This document shows, piece by piece, positions 12,701 through 27,236 of a stretch of DNA of 64,000 nucleotides. The stretch is from contig JBHGNT010000043.1 of assembly GCA_043228905.1 (NCBI GenBank), positions 62,001-126,000 on the forward strand, given 5' to 3'. Under the pieces are notes generated by a model. That model had not been told where the DNA came from. It ran no database searches and saw only the letters and a program-made list of their open reading frames with translations. The stretch is from Azolla caroliniana (Eukaryota; Plantae; Polypodiophyta). Within the stretch, counting starts at the first letter, position 1; the number at the start of each line of letters is the position of its first letter. A program made the translations under genes and the position numbers.

Positions 12701-14199
12701 GTAATTTCGTCATGTCTCTCGACCTGAGTTTCAAAATCTTTATTTTTTAATTCCATATCATAGGTAGCGTTGTTACTTTCGATTCGCATGTTTGAACACA
12801 AATATCCGATATCACACGAGCGAGGTATCAACATTTTAATTTAGCTACTAGCTCTTCTCAACCACCTCCTCAAATTTGCTAATTTCGTCATGTCTCTCGA
12901 CCTGAGTTTCAAAATCTTGATTTTCTAAATCCATATCATAGCTAGCGTTGTTAGCTTCGATTCGGAGGTTTGAACACTAAAATCCGATATCACACGAGCC
13001 ACATATGAACATTTTAATTTGGCTACTAGCTCTTCTCAACCACCTCCTCAAATTTAGTAATTTCGTCATGTCTCTCGACCTGAGTTTCAAAATCTTGATT
13101 TTTTAATTCCATATCATAGCTAGCGTTGTTAGCTTCGATTCGCATGTTTGAACACAAAATCCGATATCACACGAGCAAGGTATGAACATTTTAATTTACT
13201 CAAGGGCTCCTCTCAACTCCTTTGTCAAGGTTGCTAATTTCGTCATGTCTCTCTACCTGAGTTTCACAATCTTGATTTTTTAATTCCATATCATAGCTAG
13301 CGTTGTTAGTTTCGATTTGCTTGTTTGAACACAAAAATCCGATATCACACGAGCCACGTATGAACATTTTAATTTAGCTACTAGCTCTTCTCAACCACCT
13401 CCTCAAATTTGGTAATTTCTTCATGTCTCTTGACCTGAGTTTCAAAATCTTGGTTTTTTAATTCTATATCATAGCTAGCGTTGTTAGCTTCGATTCGCAT
13501 GTTTGAACACAAAAATCCGATATCACACGAGCCACGTATGAACATTTTAATTTACTCACGCGCTCTTCTCAACTCCCTCCTCAAATTTGCTAATTTCGTC
13601 ATGTATCTCTACCTGAGTTTCAAAATCTTGATTTTTTAATTCCATATCATAGCTAGCGTTGTTAGTTTCGATTTGCATGTTTGAACACAAAAATCCGATA
13701 TCACACGAGCCACGTATGAAAATTTTAATTTGGCTACTAGCTCTTCTCAACCACCTCCTCAAATTTAGTAATTTCGTCATGTCTCTCGACCTGAGTTTCA
13801 AAATCTTGATTTTCTAATTCTATATCATAGCTAGCGTTGTTAGCTTCGATTCGGAGGTTTGAACACTAAAATCCGATATCACACGAGCCACATATGAACA
13901 TTTTAATTTACTCACGCGCTGTTCTCAACCACCTCCTCAAATTTGGTAATTTCGTCATGTCTCTCGACCTGAGTTTCAAAATCTTGATTTTTTAATTCCA
14001 TATCATAGCTAGCGTTGTTAGCTTCGATTCGCATGTTTGAACACAAAAATCCGATATCACACGAGCCACGTATGAACATTTTAATTTACTCACGCGCTCT
14101 TCTCAACTCCCTCCTCAAATTTGCTAATTTCGTCATGTATCTCTACCTGAGTTTCAAAATCTTGATTTTTTAATTCCATATCATAGCTAGCGTTGTTAG

Positions 14200-17100
14200 T
14201 TTCGATTTGCATGTTTGAACACAAAAATCCGATATCACACGAGCCACGTATGAAAATTTTAATTTGGCTACTAGCTCTTCTCAACCACCTCCTCAAATTT
14301 AGTAATTTCGTCATGTCTCTCGACCTGAGTTTCAAAATCTTGATTTTTTAATTCTATATCATAGCTAGCGTTGTTAGCTTCGATTCGCAGGTTTGAACAC
14401 TAAAATCCGATATCACACGAGCCACGTATGAACATTTTAATTTAGCTACTAGCTCTTCTCAACCACCTCCTCAAATTTGGTAATTTCCTCATGTCTCTCG
14501 ACCTGAGTTTCAAAATCTTGATTTTTTAAATCCATATCATAGCTAGCGTTGTTAGCTTCGATTCGGAAGTTTGAACACTAAAATCCGATATCACACGAGC
14601 CACATATGAACATTTTAATTTACTCACGCGCTCTTCTCAACCACCTCCTCAAATTTGGTAATTTCTTCATGTCTCCTGACCTGAGTTTCAAAATCTTGAT
14701 TTTTTAATTCCATATCATAGGTAGCGTTGTTAGTTTCGATTCGCATGTTTGAACACAAAAATCCGATATCACACGAGCCAGGTATCAACATTTTAATTTA
14801 GCTACTAGCTCTTCTCAACCACCTCCTCAAATTTGGTAATTTCGTCATGTCTCTCGACCTGAGTTTCAAAATCTTGATTTTTTAATTCCATATCATAGGT
14901 AGCGTTGTTAGTTTCGATTCGCATGTTTGAACACAAAAATCAGATATCACACGAGCCACATATGAACATTTTAATTTACTCACGCGCTCTTCTCAACTCC
15001 CTCCTCAAATTTGGTAATTTCGTCATGTCTCTCGACCTGAGTTTCAAAATCTTGATTTTCTAAATCCATATCATAGCTAGCGTTGTTAGCTTCGATTCGG
15101 AGGTTTGAACACTAAAATCCGACATCACACGAGCCACATATGAATATTTTAATTTACTCACGCGCTCTTCTCAACTCCCTCCTCAAATTTGGTAATTTCG
15201 TCATGTCTCTCGACCTGAGTTTCAAAATCTTGATTTTTTAATTCGATATCATAGCTAGCGTTGTTAGCTTCGATTTGCTTGTTTGAACACAGAAATCCGA
15301 TATCACACGAGCCAGGTATCAACATTTTAATTTAGCTACTAGCTCTTCTCAACCACCTCCTCAAATTTGGTAATTTCGTCATGTCTCTCGACCTGAGTTT
15401 CAAAATCTTGATTTTTTAAATCCATATCATAGCTAGCGTTGTTAGCTTCGATTCGGAGGTTTGAACACTAAAATCCGATATGACACGAGCCACATATGAA
15501 CATTTTAATTTACTCACGCGCTCTTCTCAACCACCTCCTCAAATTTGGTAATTTCGTCATGTCTCTCGACCTGAGTTTCAAAATCTTGATTTTTTAATTC
15601 CATATCATAGGTGGCGTTGTTAGTTTCGATTCGCATGTTTGAACACAAAAATCCGATATCACACGAGCCAGGTATCAACATTTTAATTTAGCTACTAGCT
15701 CTTCTCAACCACCTCCTCAAATTTGGTAATTTCGTCATGTCTCTCGACCTGAGTTTCAAAATCTTGATTTTTTAATTCCATATCATAGGTAGCGTTGTTA
15801 GTTTCGATTCGCATGTTTGAACACAAAAATCAGATATCACACGAGCCACATATGAACATTTTAATTTACTCACGCGCTCTTCTCAACTCCCTCCTCAAAT
15901 TTGGTAATTTCGTCATGTCTCTCGACCTGAGTTTCAAAATCTTGATTTTCTAAATCCATATCATAGCTAGCGTTGTTAGCTTCGATTCAGAGGTTTGAAC
16001 ACTAAAATCCGATATCACACGAGCCACATATGAATATTTTAATTTACTCACGCGCTCTTCTCAACTCCCTCCTCAAATTTGCTAATTTCGTCATGTCTCT
16101 CGACCTGAGTTTCAAAATCTTGATTTTTTAATTCGATATCATAGCTAGCGTTGTTAGCTTCGATTTGCTTGTTTGAACACAGAATCCGATATCACACGAG
16201 CCAGGTATCAACATTTTAATTTAGCTACTAGCTCTTCTCAACCACCTCCTCAAATTTGGTAATTTCGTCATGTCTCTCGACCTGAGTTTCAAAATCTTGA
16301 TTTTTTAAATCCATATCATAGCTAGCGTTGTTAGCTTCGATCACCTCCTCAAATTTGGTAATTTCGTCATGTCTCTCGACCTGAGTTTCAAAATCTTGAT
16401 TTTTTAATTCCATATCATAGGTAGCGTTGTTAGTTTCGATTTGCATGTTTGAACACAAAAATCCGATATCACACGAGCCACGTATGAAAATTTTAATTTG
16501 GCTACTAGCTCTTCTCAACCACCTCCTCAAATTTAGTAATTTCGTCATGTCTCTCGACCTGAGTTTCAAAATCTTGATTTTTTAATTCTATATCATAGCT
16601 AGCGTTGTTAGCTTCGATTCGGAGGTTTGAACACTAAAATCCGATATCACACGAGCCACGAATGAACATTTTAATTTAGCTACTAGCTCTTCTCAACCAC
16701 CTCCTCAAATTTGGTAATTTCCTCATGTCTCTCGACCTGAGTTTCAAAATCTTGATTTTTTAAATCCATATCATAGCTAGCGTTGTTAGCTTCGATTCGG
16801 AGGTTTGAACACTAAAATCCGATATGACACGAGCCACATATGAACATTTTAATTTACTCACGCGCTCTTCTCAACCACCTCCTCAAATTTGGTAATTTCT
16901 TCATGTCTCCTGACCTGAGTTTCAAAATCTTGATTTTTTAATTCCATATCATAGGTAGCGTTGTTAGTTTCGATTCGCATGTTTGAACACAAAAATCCGA
17001 TATCACACGAGCCAGGTATCAACATTTTAATTTAGCTACTAGCTCTTCTCAACCACCTCCTCAAATTTGGTAATTTCGTCATGTCTCTCGACCTGAGTTT

Positions 17101-20100
17101 CAAAATCTTGATTTTTTAATTCCATATCATAGGTAGCGTTGTTAGTTTCGATTCGCATGTTTGAACACAAAAATCAGATATCACACGAGCCACATATGAA
17201 CATTTTAATTTACTCACGCGCTCTTCTCAACTCCCTCCTCAAATTTGGTAATTTCGTCATGTCTCTCGACCTGAGTTTCAAAATCTTGATTTTCTAAATC
17301 CATATCATAGCTAGCGTTGTTAGCTTCGATTCGGAGGTTTGAACACTAAAATCCGACATCACACGAGCCACATATGAATATTTTAATTTACTCACGCGCT
17401 CTTCTCAACTCCCTCCTCAAATTTGGTAATTTCGTCATGTCTCTCGACCTGAGTTTCAAAATCTTGATTTTTTAATTCGATATCATAGCTAGCGTTGTTA
17501 GCTTCGATTTGCTTGTTTGAACACAGAAATCCGATATCACACGAGCCAGGTATCAACATTTTAATTTAGCTACTAGCTCTTCTCAACCACCTCCTCAAAT
17601 TTGGTAATTTCGTCATGTCTCTCGACCTGAGTTTCAAAATCTTGATTTTTTAAATCCATATCATAGCTAGCGTTGTTAGCTTCGATTCGGAGGTTTGAAC
17701 ACTAAAATCCGATATGACACGAGCCACATATGAACATTTTAATTTACTCACGCGCTCTTCTCAACCACCTCCTCAAATTTGGTAATTTCGTCATGTCTCT
17801 CGACCTGAGTTTCAAAATCTTGATTTTTTAATTCCATATCATAGGTGGCGTTGCTAGTTTCGATTCGCATGTTTGAACACAAAAATCCGATATCACACGA
17901 GCCAGGTATCAACATTTTAATTTAGCTACTAGCTCTTCTCAACCACCTCCTCAAATTTGGTAATTTCGTCATGTCTCTCGACCTGAGTTTCAAAATCTTG
18001 ATTTTTTAATTCCATATCATAGGTAGCGTTGTTAGTTTCGATTCGCATGTTTGAACACAAAAATCAGATATCACACGAGCCACATATGAACATTTTAATT
18101 TACTCACGCGCTCTTCTCAACTCCCTCCTCAAATTTGGTAATTTCGTCATGTCTCTCGACCTGAGTTTCAAAATCTTGATTTTCTAAATCCATATCATAG
18201 CTAGCGTTGTTAGCTTCGATTCGGAGGTTTGAACACTAAAATCCGACATCACACGAGCCACATATGAATATTTTAATTTACTCACGCGCTCTTCTCAACT
18301 CCCTCCTCAAATTTGGTAATTTCGTCATGTCTCTCGACCTGAGTTTCACAATCTTGATTTTTTAATTCCATATCATAGCTAGCGTTGTTAGTTTCGATTT
18401 GCTTGTTTGAACACAAAAATCCGATATCACACGAGCCACGTATGAACATTTTAATTTAGCTACTAGCTCTTCTCAACCACCTCCTCAAATTTGGTAATTT
18501 CTTCATGTCTCTTGACCTGAGTTTCAAAATCTTGGTTTTTTAATTCTATATCATAGCTAGCGTTGTTAGCTTCGATTCGCATGTTTGAACACAAAAATCC
18601 GATATCACACGAGCCACGTATGAACATTTTAATTTACTCACGCGCTCTTCTCAACTCCCTCCTCAAATTTGGTAATTTCGTCATGTCTCTCGACCTGAGT
18701 TTCAAAATCTTGATTTTCTAAATCCATATCATAGCTAGCGTTGTTAGCTTCGATTCGGAGGTTTGAACACTAAAATCCGACATCACACGAGCCACATATG
18801 AATATTTTAATTTACTCACGCGCTCTTCTCAACCACCTCCTCAAATTTGGTAATTTCGTCATGTCTCTCGACCTGAGTTTCAAAATCTTGATTTTTTAAT
18901 TCCATATCATAGGTAGCGTTGTTAGTTTCGATTCGCATGTTTGAACACAAAAATCCGATATCACACGAGCCAGGTATCAACATTTTAATTTAGCTACTAG
19001 CTCTTCTCAACCACCTCCTCAAATTTGGTAATTTCGTCATGTCTCTCGACCTGAGTTTCAAAATCTTGATTTTTTAATTCCATATCATAGGTAGCGTTGT
19101 TAGTTTCGATTCGCATGTTTGAACACAAAAATCAGATATCACACGAGCCACATATGAACATTTTAATTTACTCACGCGCTCTTCTCAACTCCCTCCTCAA
19201 ATTTGGTAATTTCGTCATGTCTCTCGACCTGAGTTTCAAAATCTTGATTTTCTAAATCCATATCATAGCTAGCGTTGTTAGCTTCGATTCAGAGGTTTGA
19301 ACACTAAAATCCGACATCACACGAGCCACATATGAATATTTTAATTTACTCACGCGCTCTTCTCAACCCCCTCCTCAAATTTGCTAATTTCGTCATGTCT
19401 CTCGACCTGAGTTTCAAAATCTTGATTTTTTAATTCGATATCATAGCTAGCGTTGTTAGCTTCGATTTGCTTGTTTGAACACAGAAATCCGATATCACAC
19501 GAGCCAGGTATCAACATTTTAATTTAGCTACTAGCTCTTCTCAACCACCTCCTCAAATTTGGTAATTTCGTCATGTCTCTCGACCTGAGTTTCAAAATCT
19601 TGATTTTTTAAATCCATATCATAGCTAGCGTTGTTAGCTTCGATTCGGAGGTTTGAACACTAAAATCCGATATGACACGAGCCACATATGAACATTTTAA
19701 TTTACTCACGCGCTCTTCTCAACCACCTCCTCAAATTTGGTAATTTCGTCATGTCTCTCGACCTGAGTTTCAAAATCTTGATTTTTTAATTCCATATCAT
19801 AGGTGGCGTTGTTAGTTTCGATTCGCGTGTTTGAACACAAAAATCCGATATCACACGAGCCAGGTATCAACATTTTAATTTAGCTACTAGCTCTTCTCAA
19901 CCACCTCCTCAAATTTGGTAATTTCGTCATGTCTCTCGACCTGAGTTTCAAAATCTTGATTTTTTAATTCCATATCATAGGTAGCGTTGTTAGTTTCGAT
20001 TCGCATGTTTGAACACAAAAATCAGATATCACACGAGCCACATATGAACATTTTAATTTACTCACGCGCTGTTCTCAACTCCCTCCTCAAATTTGGTAAT

Positions 20101-20430
20101 TTCGTCATGTCTCTCGACCTGAGTTTCAAAATCTTGATTTTCTAAATCCATATCATAGCTAGCGTTGTTAGCTTCGATTCAGAGGTTTGAACACTAAAAT
20201 CCGATATCACACGAGCCACATATGAATATTTTAATTTACTCACGCGCTCTTCTCAACTCCCTCCTCAAATTTGCTAATTTCGTCATGTCTCTCGACCTGA
20301 GTTTCAAAATCTTGATTTTTTAAATCGATATCATAGCTAGCGTTGTTAGCTTCGATTTGCTTGTTTGAACACAGAAATCCGATATCACACGAGCCAGGTA
20401 TCAACATTTTAATTTAGCTACTAGCTCTTC
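14200..20430. repeat. Domain built on an ~890-bp 5-monomer unit, containing a 2234-bp-offset duplication
   Basis: acagaa marker at 15291/16181 (890 apart), 19483/20373 (890 apart) and 17525 (2234 from 15291 = 12x178+99-1); ggtggcg marker near 15611, 17845 and 19802. Confidence 0.75.
16243..16341. repeat. Truncated 99-bp monomer, copy 4
   Basis: Same junction, GATC at 16339. Confidence 0.95.
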
Positions 20431-20435
20431 TCAAC

Positions 20436-20534
20436 CACCTCCTCAAATTTGGTAATTTCGTCATGTCTCTCGACCTGAGTTTCAAAATCTTGATTTTTTA
20501 AATCCATATCATAGCTAGCGTTGTTAGCTTCGAT
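20436..20534. repeat. Truncated 99-bp monomer, copy 5
   Basis: Same junction, GATC at 20532. Confidence 0.95.
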
Positions 20535-23381
20535 CACCTCCTCAAATTTGGTAATTTCGTCATGTCTCTCGACCTGAGTTTCAAAATCTTGATTTTTTAA
20601 TTCCATATCATAGGTAGCGTTGTTAGTTTCGATTCGCATGTTTGAACACAAAAATCAGATATCACACGAGCCACATATGAACATTTTAATTTGGCTACTA
20701 ACTCTTCTCAACCACCTCCTCAAATTTAGTAATTTCGTCATGTCTCTCGACCTGAGTTTCAAAATCTTGATTTTTTAATTCTATATCATAGCTAGCGTTG
20801 TTAGCTTCGATTCGGAGGTTTGAACACTAAAATCCTATATCACACGAGCCACATATGAACATTTTAATTTACTCACGCGCTCTTCTCAACCACCTCCTCA
20901 AATTTGGTAATTTCGTCATGTCTCTCGACCTGAGTTTCAAAATCTTGATTTTTTAATTCCATATCATAGCTAGCGTTGTTAGTTTCGATTTGCTTGTTTG
21001 AACACAAAAATCCGTATCACACGAGCCACGTATGAACATTTTAATTTAGCTACTAGCTCTTCTCAACCACCTCCTCAAATTTGGTAATTTCGTCATGTCT
21101 CTCGACCTGAGTTTCAAAATCTCGATTTTTTAAATCCATATCATAGCTAGCGTTGTTAGCTTCGATTCGGAGGTTTGAACACTAAAATCCGATATGACAC
21201 GAGCCACATATGAACATTTTAATTTACTCACGCGCTCTTCTCAACCACCTCCTCAAATTTGGTAATTTCGTCATGTCTCTCGACCTGAGTTTCAAAATCT
21301 TGATTTTTTAATTCCATATCATAGGTAGCGTTGTTAGTTTCGATTCGCATGTTTGAACACAAAAAGCCGATATCACACGAGCCAGGTATCAACATTTTAA
21401 TTTAGCTACTAGCTCTTCTCAACCACCTCCTCAAATTTGGTAATTTCTTCATGTCTCTTGACCTGAGTTTCAAAATCTTAGTTTTTTAATTCTATATCAT
21501 AGCTAGCGTTGTTAGCTTCGATTCGGAGGTTTGAACACTAAAATCCGACATCACACGAGCCACATATGAATATTTTAATTTACTCACGCGCTCTTCTCAA
21601 CTCCCTCCTCAAATTTGCTAATTTCGTCATGTCTCTCTACCTGAGTTTCAAAATCTTGATTTTTTAATTCCATATCATAGCTAGCGTTGTTAGTTTCGAT
21701 TTGCTTGTTTGAACACAAAAATCCGATATCACACGAGCCACGTATGAAAATTTTAATTTGGCTACTAGCTCTTCTCAACCACCTCCTCAAATTTGGTAAT
21801 TTCGTCATGTCTGTCGACCTGAGTTTCAAAATCTTGATTTTTTAATTCTATATCATAGCTAGCGTTGTTAGCTTCGATTCGGAGGTTTGAACACTAAAAT
21901 CCGATATCACACGAGCCACATATAAACATTTTAATTTACTCACGCACTCTTCTCAACCACCTCCTCAAATTTGGTAATTTCGTCATGTCTCTCGACCTGA
22001 GTTTCAAAATCTTGATTTTTTAATTCCATATCATAGGTAGTGTTGTTAGTTTCGATTCGCATGTTTGAACACAAAAAGCCGATATCACACGAGCCAGGTA
22101 TCAACATTTTAATTTAGCTACTAGCTCTTCTCAACCACCTCCTCAAATTTGGTAATTTCTTCATGTCTCTTGACCTGAGTTTCAAAATCTTAGTTTTTTA
22201 ATTCTATATCATAGCTAGCGTTGTTAGCTTCGATTCGGAGTTTTGAACACTAAAATCCGACATCACACGAGCCACATATGAATATTTTAATTTACTCACG
22301 CGCTCTTCTCAACTCCCTCCTCAAATTTGCTAATTTCGTCATGTCTCTCTACCTGAGTTTCAAAATCTTGATTTTTTAATTCCATATCATAGCTAGCGTT
22401 GTTAGTTTCGATTTGCATGTTTGAACACAAAAATCCGATATCACACGAGCCACGTATGAAAATTTTAATTTGGCTACTAGCTCTTCTCAACCACCTCCTC
22501 AAATTTAGTAATTTCGTCATGTCTCTCGACCTGAGTTTCAAAATCTTGATTTTCTAATTCTATATCATAGCTAGCGTTGTTAGCTTCGATTCGGAGGTTT
22601 GAACACTAAAATCCGATATCACACGAGCCACATATGAACATTTTAATTTACTCACGCGCTCTTCTCAACCACCTCCTCAAATTTGGTAATTTCGTCATGT
22701 CTCTCGACCTGAGTTTCACAATCTTGATTTTTTAATTCCATATCATAGCTAGCGTTGTTAGTTTCGATTTGCTTGTTTGAACACAAAAATCCGATATCAC
22801 ACGAGCCACGTATGAACATTTTAATTTAGCTACTAGCTCTTCTCAACCACCTCCTCAAATTTGGTAATTTCGTCATGTCTCTCGACCTGAGTTTCAAAAT
22901 CTTGATTTTTTAATTCCATATCATAGGTAGCGTTGTTAGTTTCGATTCGCATGTTTGAACACAAAAATCAGATATCACACGAGCCACATATGAACATTTT
23001 AATTTACTCACGCGCTCTTCTCAACTCCCTCCTCAAATTTGGTAATTTCGTCATGTCTCTCGACCTGAGTTTCAAAATCTTGATTTTCTAAATCCATATC
23101 ATAGCTAGCGTTGTTAGCTTCGATTCAGAGGTTTGAACACTAAAATCCGATATCACACGAGCCACATATGAATATTTTAATTTACTCACGCGCTCTTCTC
23201 AACTCCCTCCTCAAATTTGCTAATTTCGTCATGTCTCTCGACCTGAGTTTCAAAATCTTGATTTTTTAATTCGATATCATAGCTAGCGTTGTTAGCTTCG
23301 ATTTGCTTGTTTGAACACAGAAATCCGATATCACACGAGCCAGGTATCAACATTTTAATTTAGCTACTAGCTCTTCTCAAC

Positions 23382-23480
23382 CACCTCCTCAAATTTGGTA
23401 ATTTCGTCATGTCTCTCGACCTGAGTTTCAAAATCTTGATTTTTTAAATCCATATCATAGCTAGCGTTGTTAGCTTCGAT
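23382..23480. repeat. Truncated 99-bp monomer, copy 6
   Basis: Same junction, GATC at 23478. Confidence 0.95.
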
Positions 23481-24547
23481 CACCTCCTCAAATTTGGTAA
23501 TTTCGTCATGTCTCTCGACCTGAGTTTCAAAATCTTGATTTTTTAATTCCATATCATAGGTAGCGTTGTTAGTTTCGATTCGCATGTTTGAACACAAAAA
23601 TCAGATATCACACGAGCCACATATGAACATTTTAATTTGGCTACTAGCTGTTCTCAACCACCTCCTCAAATTTAGTAATTTCGTCATGTCTCTCGACCTG
23701 AGTTTCAAAATCTTGATTTTTTAATTCTATATCATAGCTAGCGTTGTTAGCTTCGATTCGGAGGTTTGAACACTAAAATCCTATATCACACGAGCCACAT
23801 ATGAACATTTTAATTTACTCACGCGCTCTTCTCAACCACCTCCTCAAATTTGGTAATTTCGTCATGTCTCTCGACCTGAGTTTCAAAATCTTGATTTTTT
23901 AATTCCATATCATAGCTAGCGTTGTTAGTTTCGATTTGCTTGTTTGAACACAAAAATCCGTATCACACGAGCCACGTATGAACATTTTAATTTAGCTACT
24001 AGCTCTTCTCAACCACCTCCTCAAATTTGGTAATTTCGTCATGTCTCTCGACCTGAGTTTCAAAATCTTGATTTTTTAAATCCATATCATAGGTAGCGTT
24101 GTTAGCTTCGATTCGGAGGTTTGAACACTAAAATCCGATATGACACGAGCCACATATGAACATTTTAATTTACTCACGCGCTCTTCTCAACCACCTCCTC
24201 AAATTTGGTAATTTCGTCATGTCTCTCGACCTGAGTTTCAAAATCTTGATTTTCTAAATCCATATCATAGCTAGCGTTGTTAGCTTCGATTCAGAGGTTT
24301 GAACACTAAAATCCGATATCACACGAGCCACATATGAATATTTTAATTTACTCACGCGCTCTTCTCAACTCCCTCCTCAAATTTGCTAATTTCGTCATGT
24401 CTCTCGACCTGAGTTTCAAAATCTTGATTTTTTAATTCGATATCATAGCTAGCGTTGTTAGCTTCGATTTGCTTGTTTGAACACAGAAATCCGATATCAC
24501 ACGAGCCAGGTATCAACATTTTAATTTAGCTACTAGCTCTTCTCAAC

Positions 24548-24646
24548 CACCTCCTCAAATTTGGTAATTTCGTCATGTCTCTCGACCTGAGTTTCAAAAT
24601 CTTGATTTTTTAAATCCATATCATAGCTAGCGTTGTTAGCTTCGAT
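24548..24646. repeat. Truncated 99-bp monomer, copy 7
   Basis: Same junction, GATC at 24644. Confidence 0.95.
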
Positions 24647-27137
24647 CACCTCCTCAAATTTGGTAATTTCGTCATGTCTCTCGACCTGAGTTTCAAAATC
24701 TTGATTTTTTAATTCCATATCATAGGTAGCGTTGTTAGTTTCGATTCGCATGTTTGAACACAAAAATCAGATATCACACGAGCCACATATGAACATTTTA
24801 ATTTGGCTACTAGCTCTTCTCAACCACCTCCTCAAATTTAGTAATTTCGTCATGTCTCTCGACCTGAGTTTCAAAATCTTGATTTTTTAATTCTATATCA
24901 TAGCTAGCGTTGTTAGCTTCGATTCGGAGGTTTGAACACTAAAATCCTATATCACACGAGCCACATATGAACATTTTAATTTACTCACGCGCTCTTCTCA
25001 ACCACCTCCTCAAATTTGGTAATTTCGTCATGTCTCTCGACCTGAGTTTCAAAATCTTGATTTTTTAATTCCATATCATAGCTAGCGTTGTTAGTTTCGA
25101 TTTGCTTGTTTGAACACAAAAATCCGTATCACACGAGCCACGTATGAACATTTTAATTTAGCTACTAGCTCTTCTCAACCACCTCCTCAAATTTGGTAAT
25201 TTCGTCATGTCTCTCGACCTGAGTTTCAAAATCTTGATTTTTTAAATCCATATCATAGCTAGCGTTGTTAGCTTCGATTCGGAGGTTTGAACACTAAAAT
25301 CCGATATGACACGAGCCACATATGAACATTTTAATTTACTCACGCGCTCTTCTCAACCACCTCCTCAAATTTGGTAATTTCGTCATGTCTCTCGACCTGA
25401 GTTTCAAAATCTTGATTTTTTAATTCCATATCATAGGTAGCGTTGTTAGTTTCGATTCGCATGTTTGAACACAAGAAGCCGATATCACACGAGCCAGGTA
25501 TCAACATTTTAATTTAGCTACTAGCTCTTCTCAACCACCTCCTCAAATTTGGTAATTTCTTCATGTCTCTTGACCTGAGTTTCAAAATCTTAGTTTTTTA
25601 ATTCTATATCATAGCTAGCGTTGTTAGCTTCGATTCGGAGGTTTGAACACTAAAATCCGACATCACACGAGCCACATATGAATATTTTAATTTACTCACG
25701 CGCTCTTCTCAACTCCCTCCTCAAATTTGCTAATTTCGTCATGTCTCTCTACCTGAGTTTCAAAATCTTGATTTTTTAATTCCATATCATAGCTAGCGTT
25801 GTTAGTTTCGATTTGCTTGTTTGAACACAAAAATCCGATATCACACGAGCCACGTATGAAAATTTTAATTTGGCTACTAGCTCTTCTCAACCACCTCCTC
25901 AAATTTGGTAATTTCGTCATGTCTGTCGACCTGAGTTTCAAAATCTTGATTTTTTAATTCTATATCATAGCTAGCGTTGTTAGCTTCGATTCGGAGGTTT
26001 GAACACTAAAATCCGATATCACACGAGCCACATATAAACATTTTAATTTACTCACGCGCTCTTCTCAACCACCTCCTCAAATTTGGTAATTTCGTCATGT
26101 CTCTCGACCTGAGTTTCAAAATCTTGATTTTTTAATTCCATATCATAGGTAGCGTTGTTAGTTTCGATTCGCATGTTTGAACACAAAAATCAGATATCAC
26201 ACGAGCCACATATGAACATTTTAATTTACTCACGCGCTCTTCTCAACTCCCTCCTCAAATTTGGTAATTTCGTCATGTCTCTCGACCTGAGTTTCAAAAT
26301 CTTGATTTTCTAAATCCATATCATAGCTAGCGTTGTTAGCTTCGATTCGGAGGTTTGAACACTAAAATCCGACATCACACGAGCCACATATGAATATTTT
26401 AATTTACTCACGCGCTCTTCTCAACCACCTCCTCAAATTTGGTAATTTCGTCATGTCTCTCGACCTGAGTTTCAAAATCCTGATTTTTTAATTCCATATC
26501 ATAGGTGGCGTTGTTAGTTTCGATTCGCATGTTTGAACACAAAAATCCGATATCACACGAGCCAGGTATCAACATTTTAATTTAGCTACTAGCTCTTCTC
26601 AACCACCTCCTCAAATTTTGTAATTTCGTCATGTCTCTCGACCTGAGTTTCAAAATCTTGATTTTTTAATTCCATATCATAGGTAGCGTTGTTAGTTTCG
26701 ATTCGCATGTTTGAACACAAAAATCAGATATCACACGAGCCACATATGAACATTTTAATTTACTCACGCGCTCTTCTCAACTCCCTCCTCAAATTTGGTA
26801 ATTTCGTCATGTCTCTCGACCTGAGTTTCAAAATCTTGATTTTCTAAATCCATATCATAGCTAGCGTTGTTAGCTTCGATTCAGAGGTTTGAACACTAAA
26901 ATCCGATATCACACGAGCCACATATGAATATTTTAATTTACTCACGCGCTCTTCTCAACTCCCTCCTCAAATTTGCTAATTTCGTCATGTCTCTCGACCT
27001 GAGTTTCAAAATCTTGATTTTTTAATTCGATATCATAGCTAGCGTTGTTAGCTTCGATTTGCTTGTTTGAACACAGAAATCCGATATCACACGAGCCAGG
27101 TATCAACATTTTAATTTAGCTACTAGCTCTTCTCAAC

Positions 27138-27236
27138 CACCTCCTCAAATTTGGTAATTTCGTCATGTCTCTCGACCTGAGTTTCAAAATCTTGATTTTT
27201 TAAATCCATATCATAGCTAGCGTTGTTAGCTTCGAT
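27138..27236. repeat. Truncated 99-bp monomer, copy 8
   Basis: Same junction, GATC at 27234. Confidence 0.95.
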
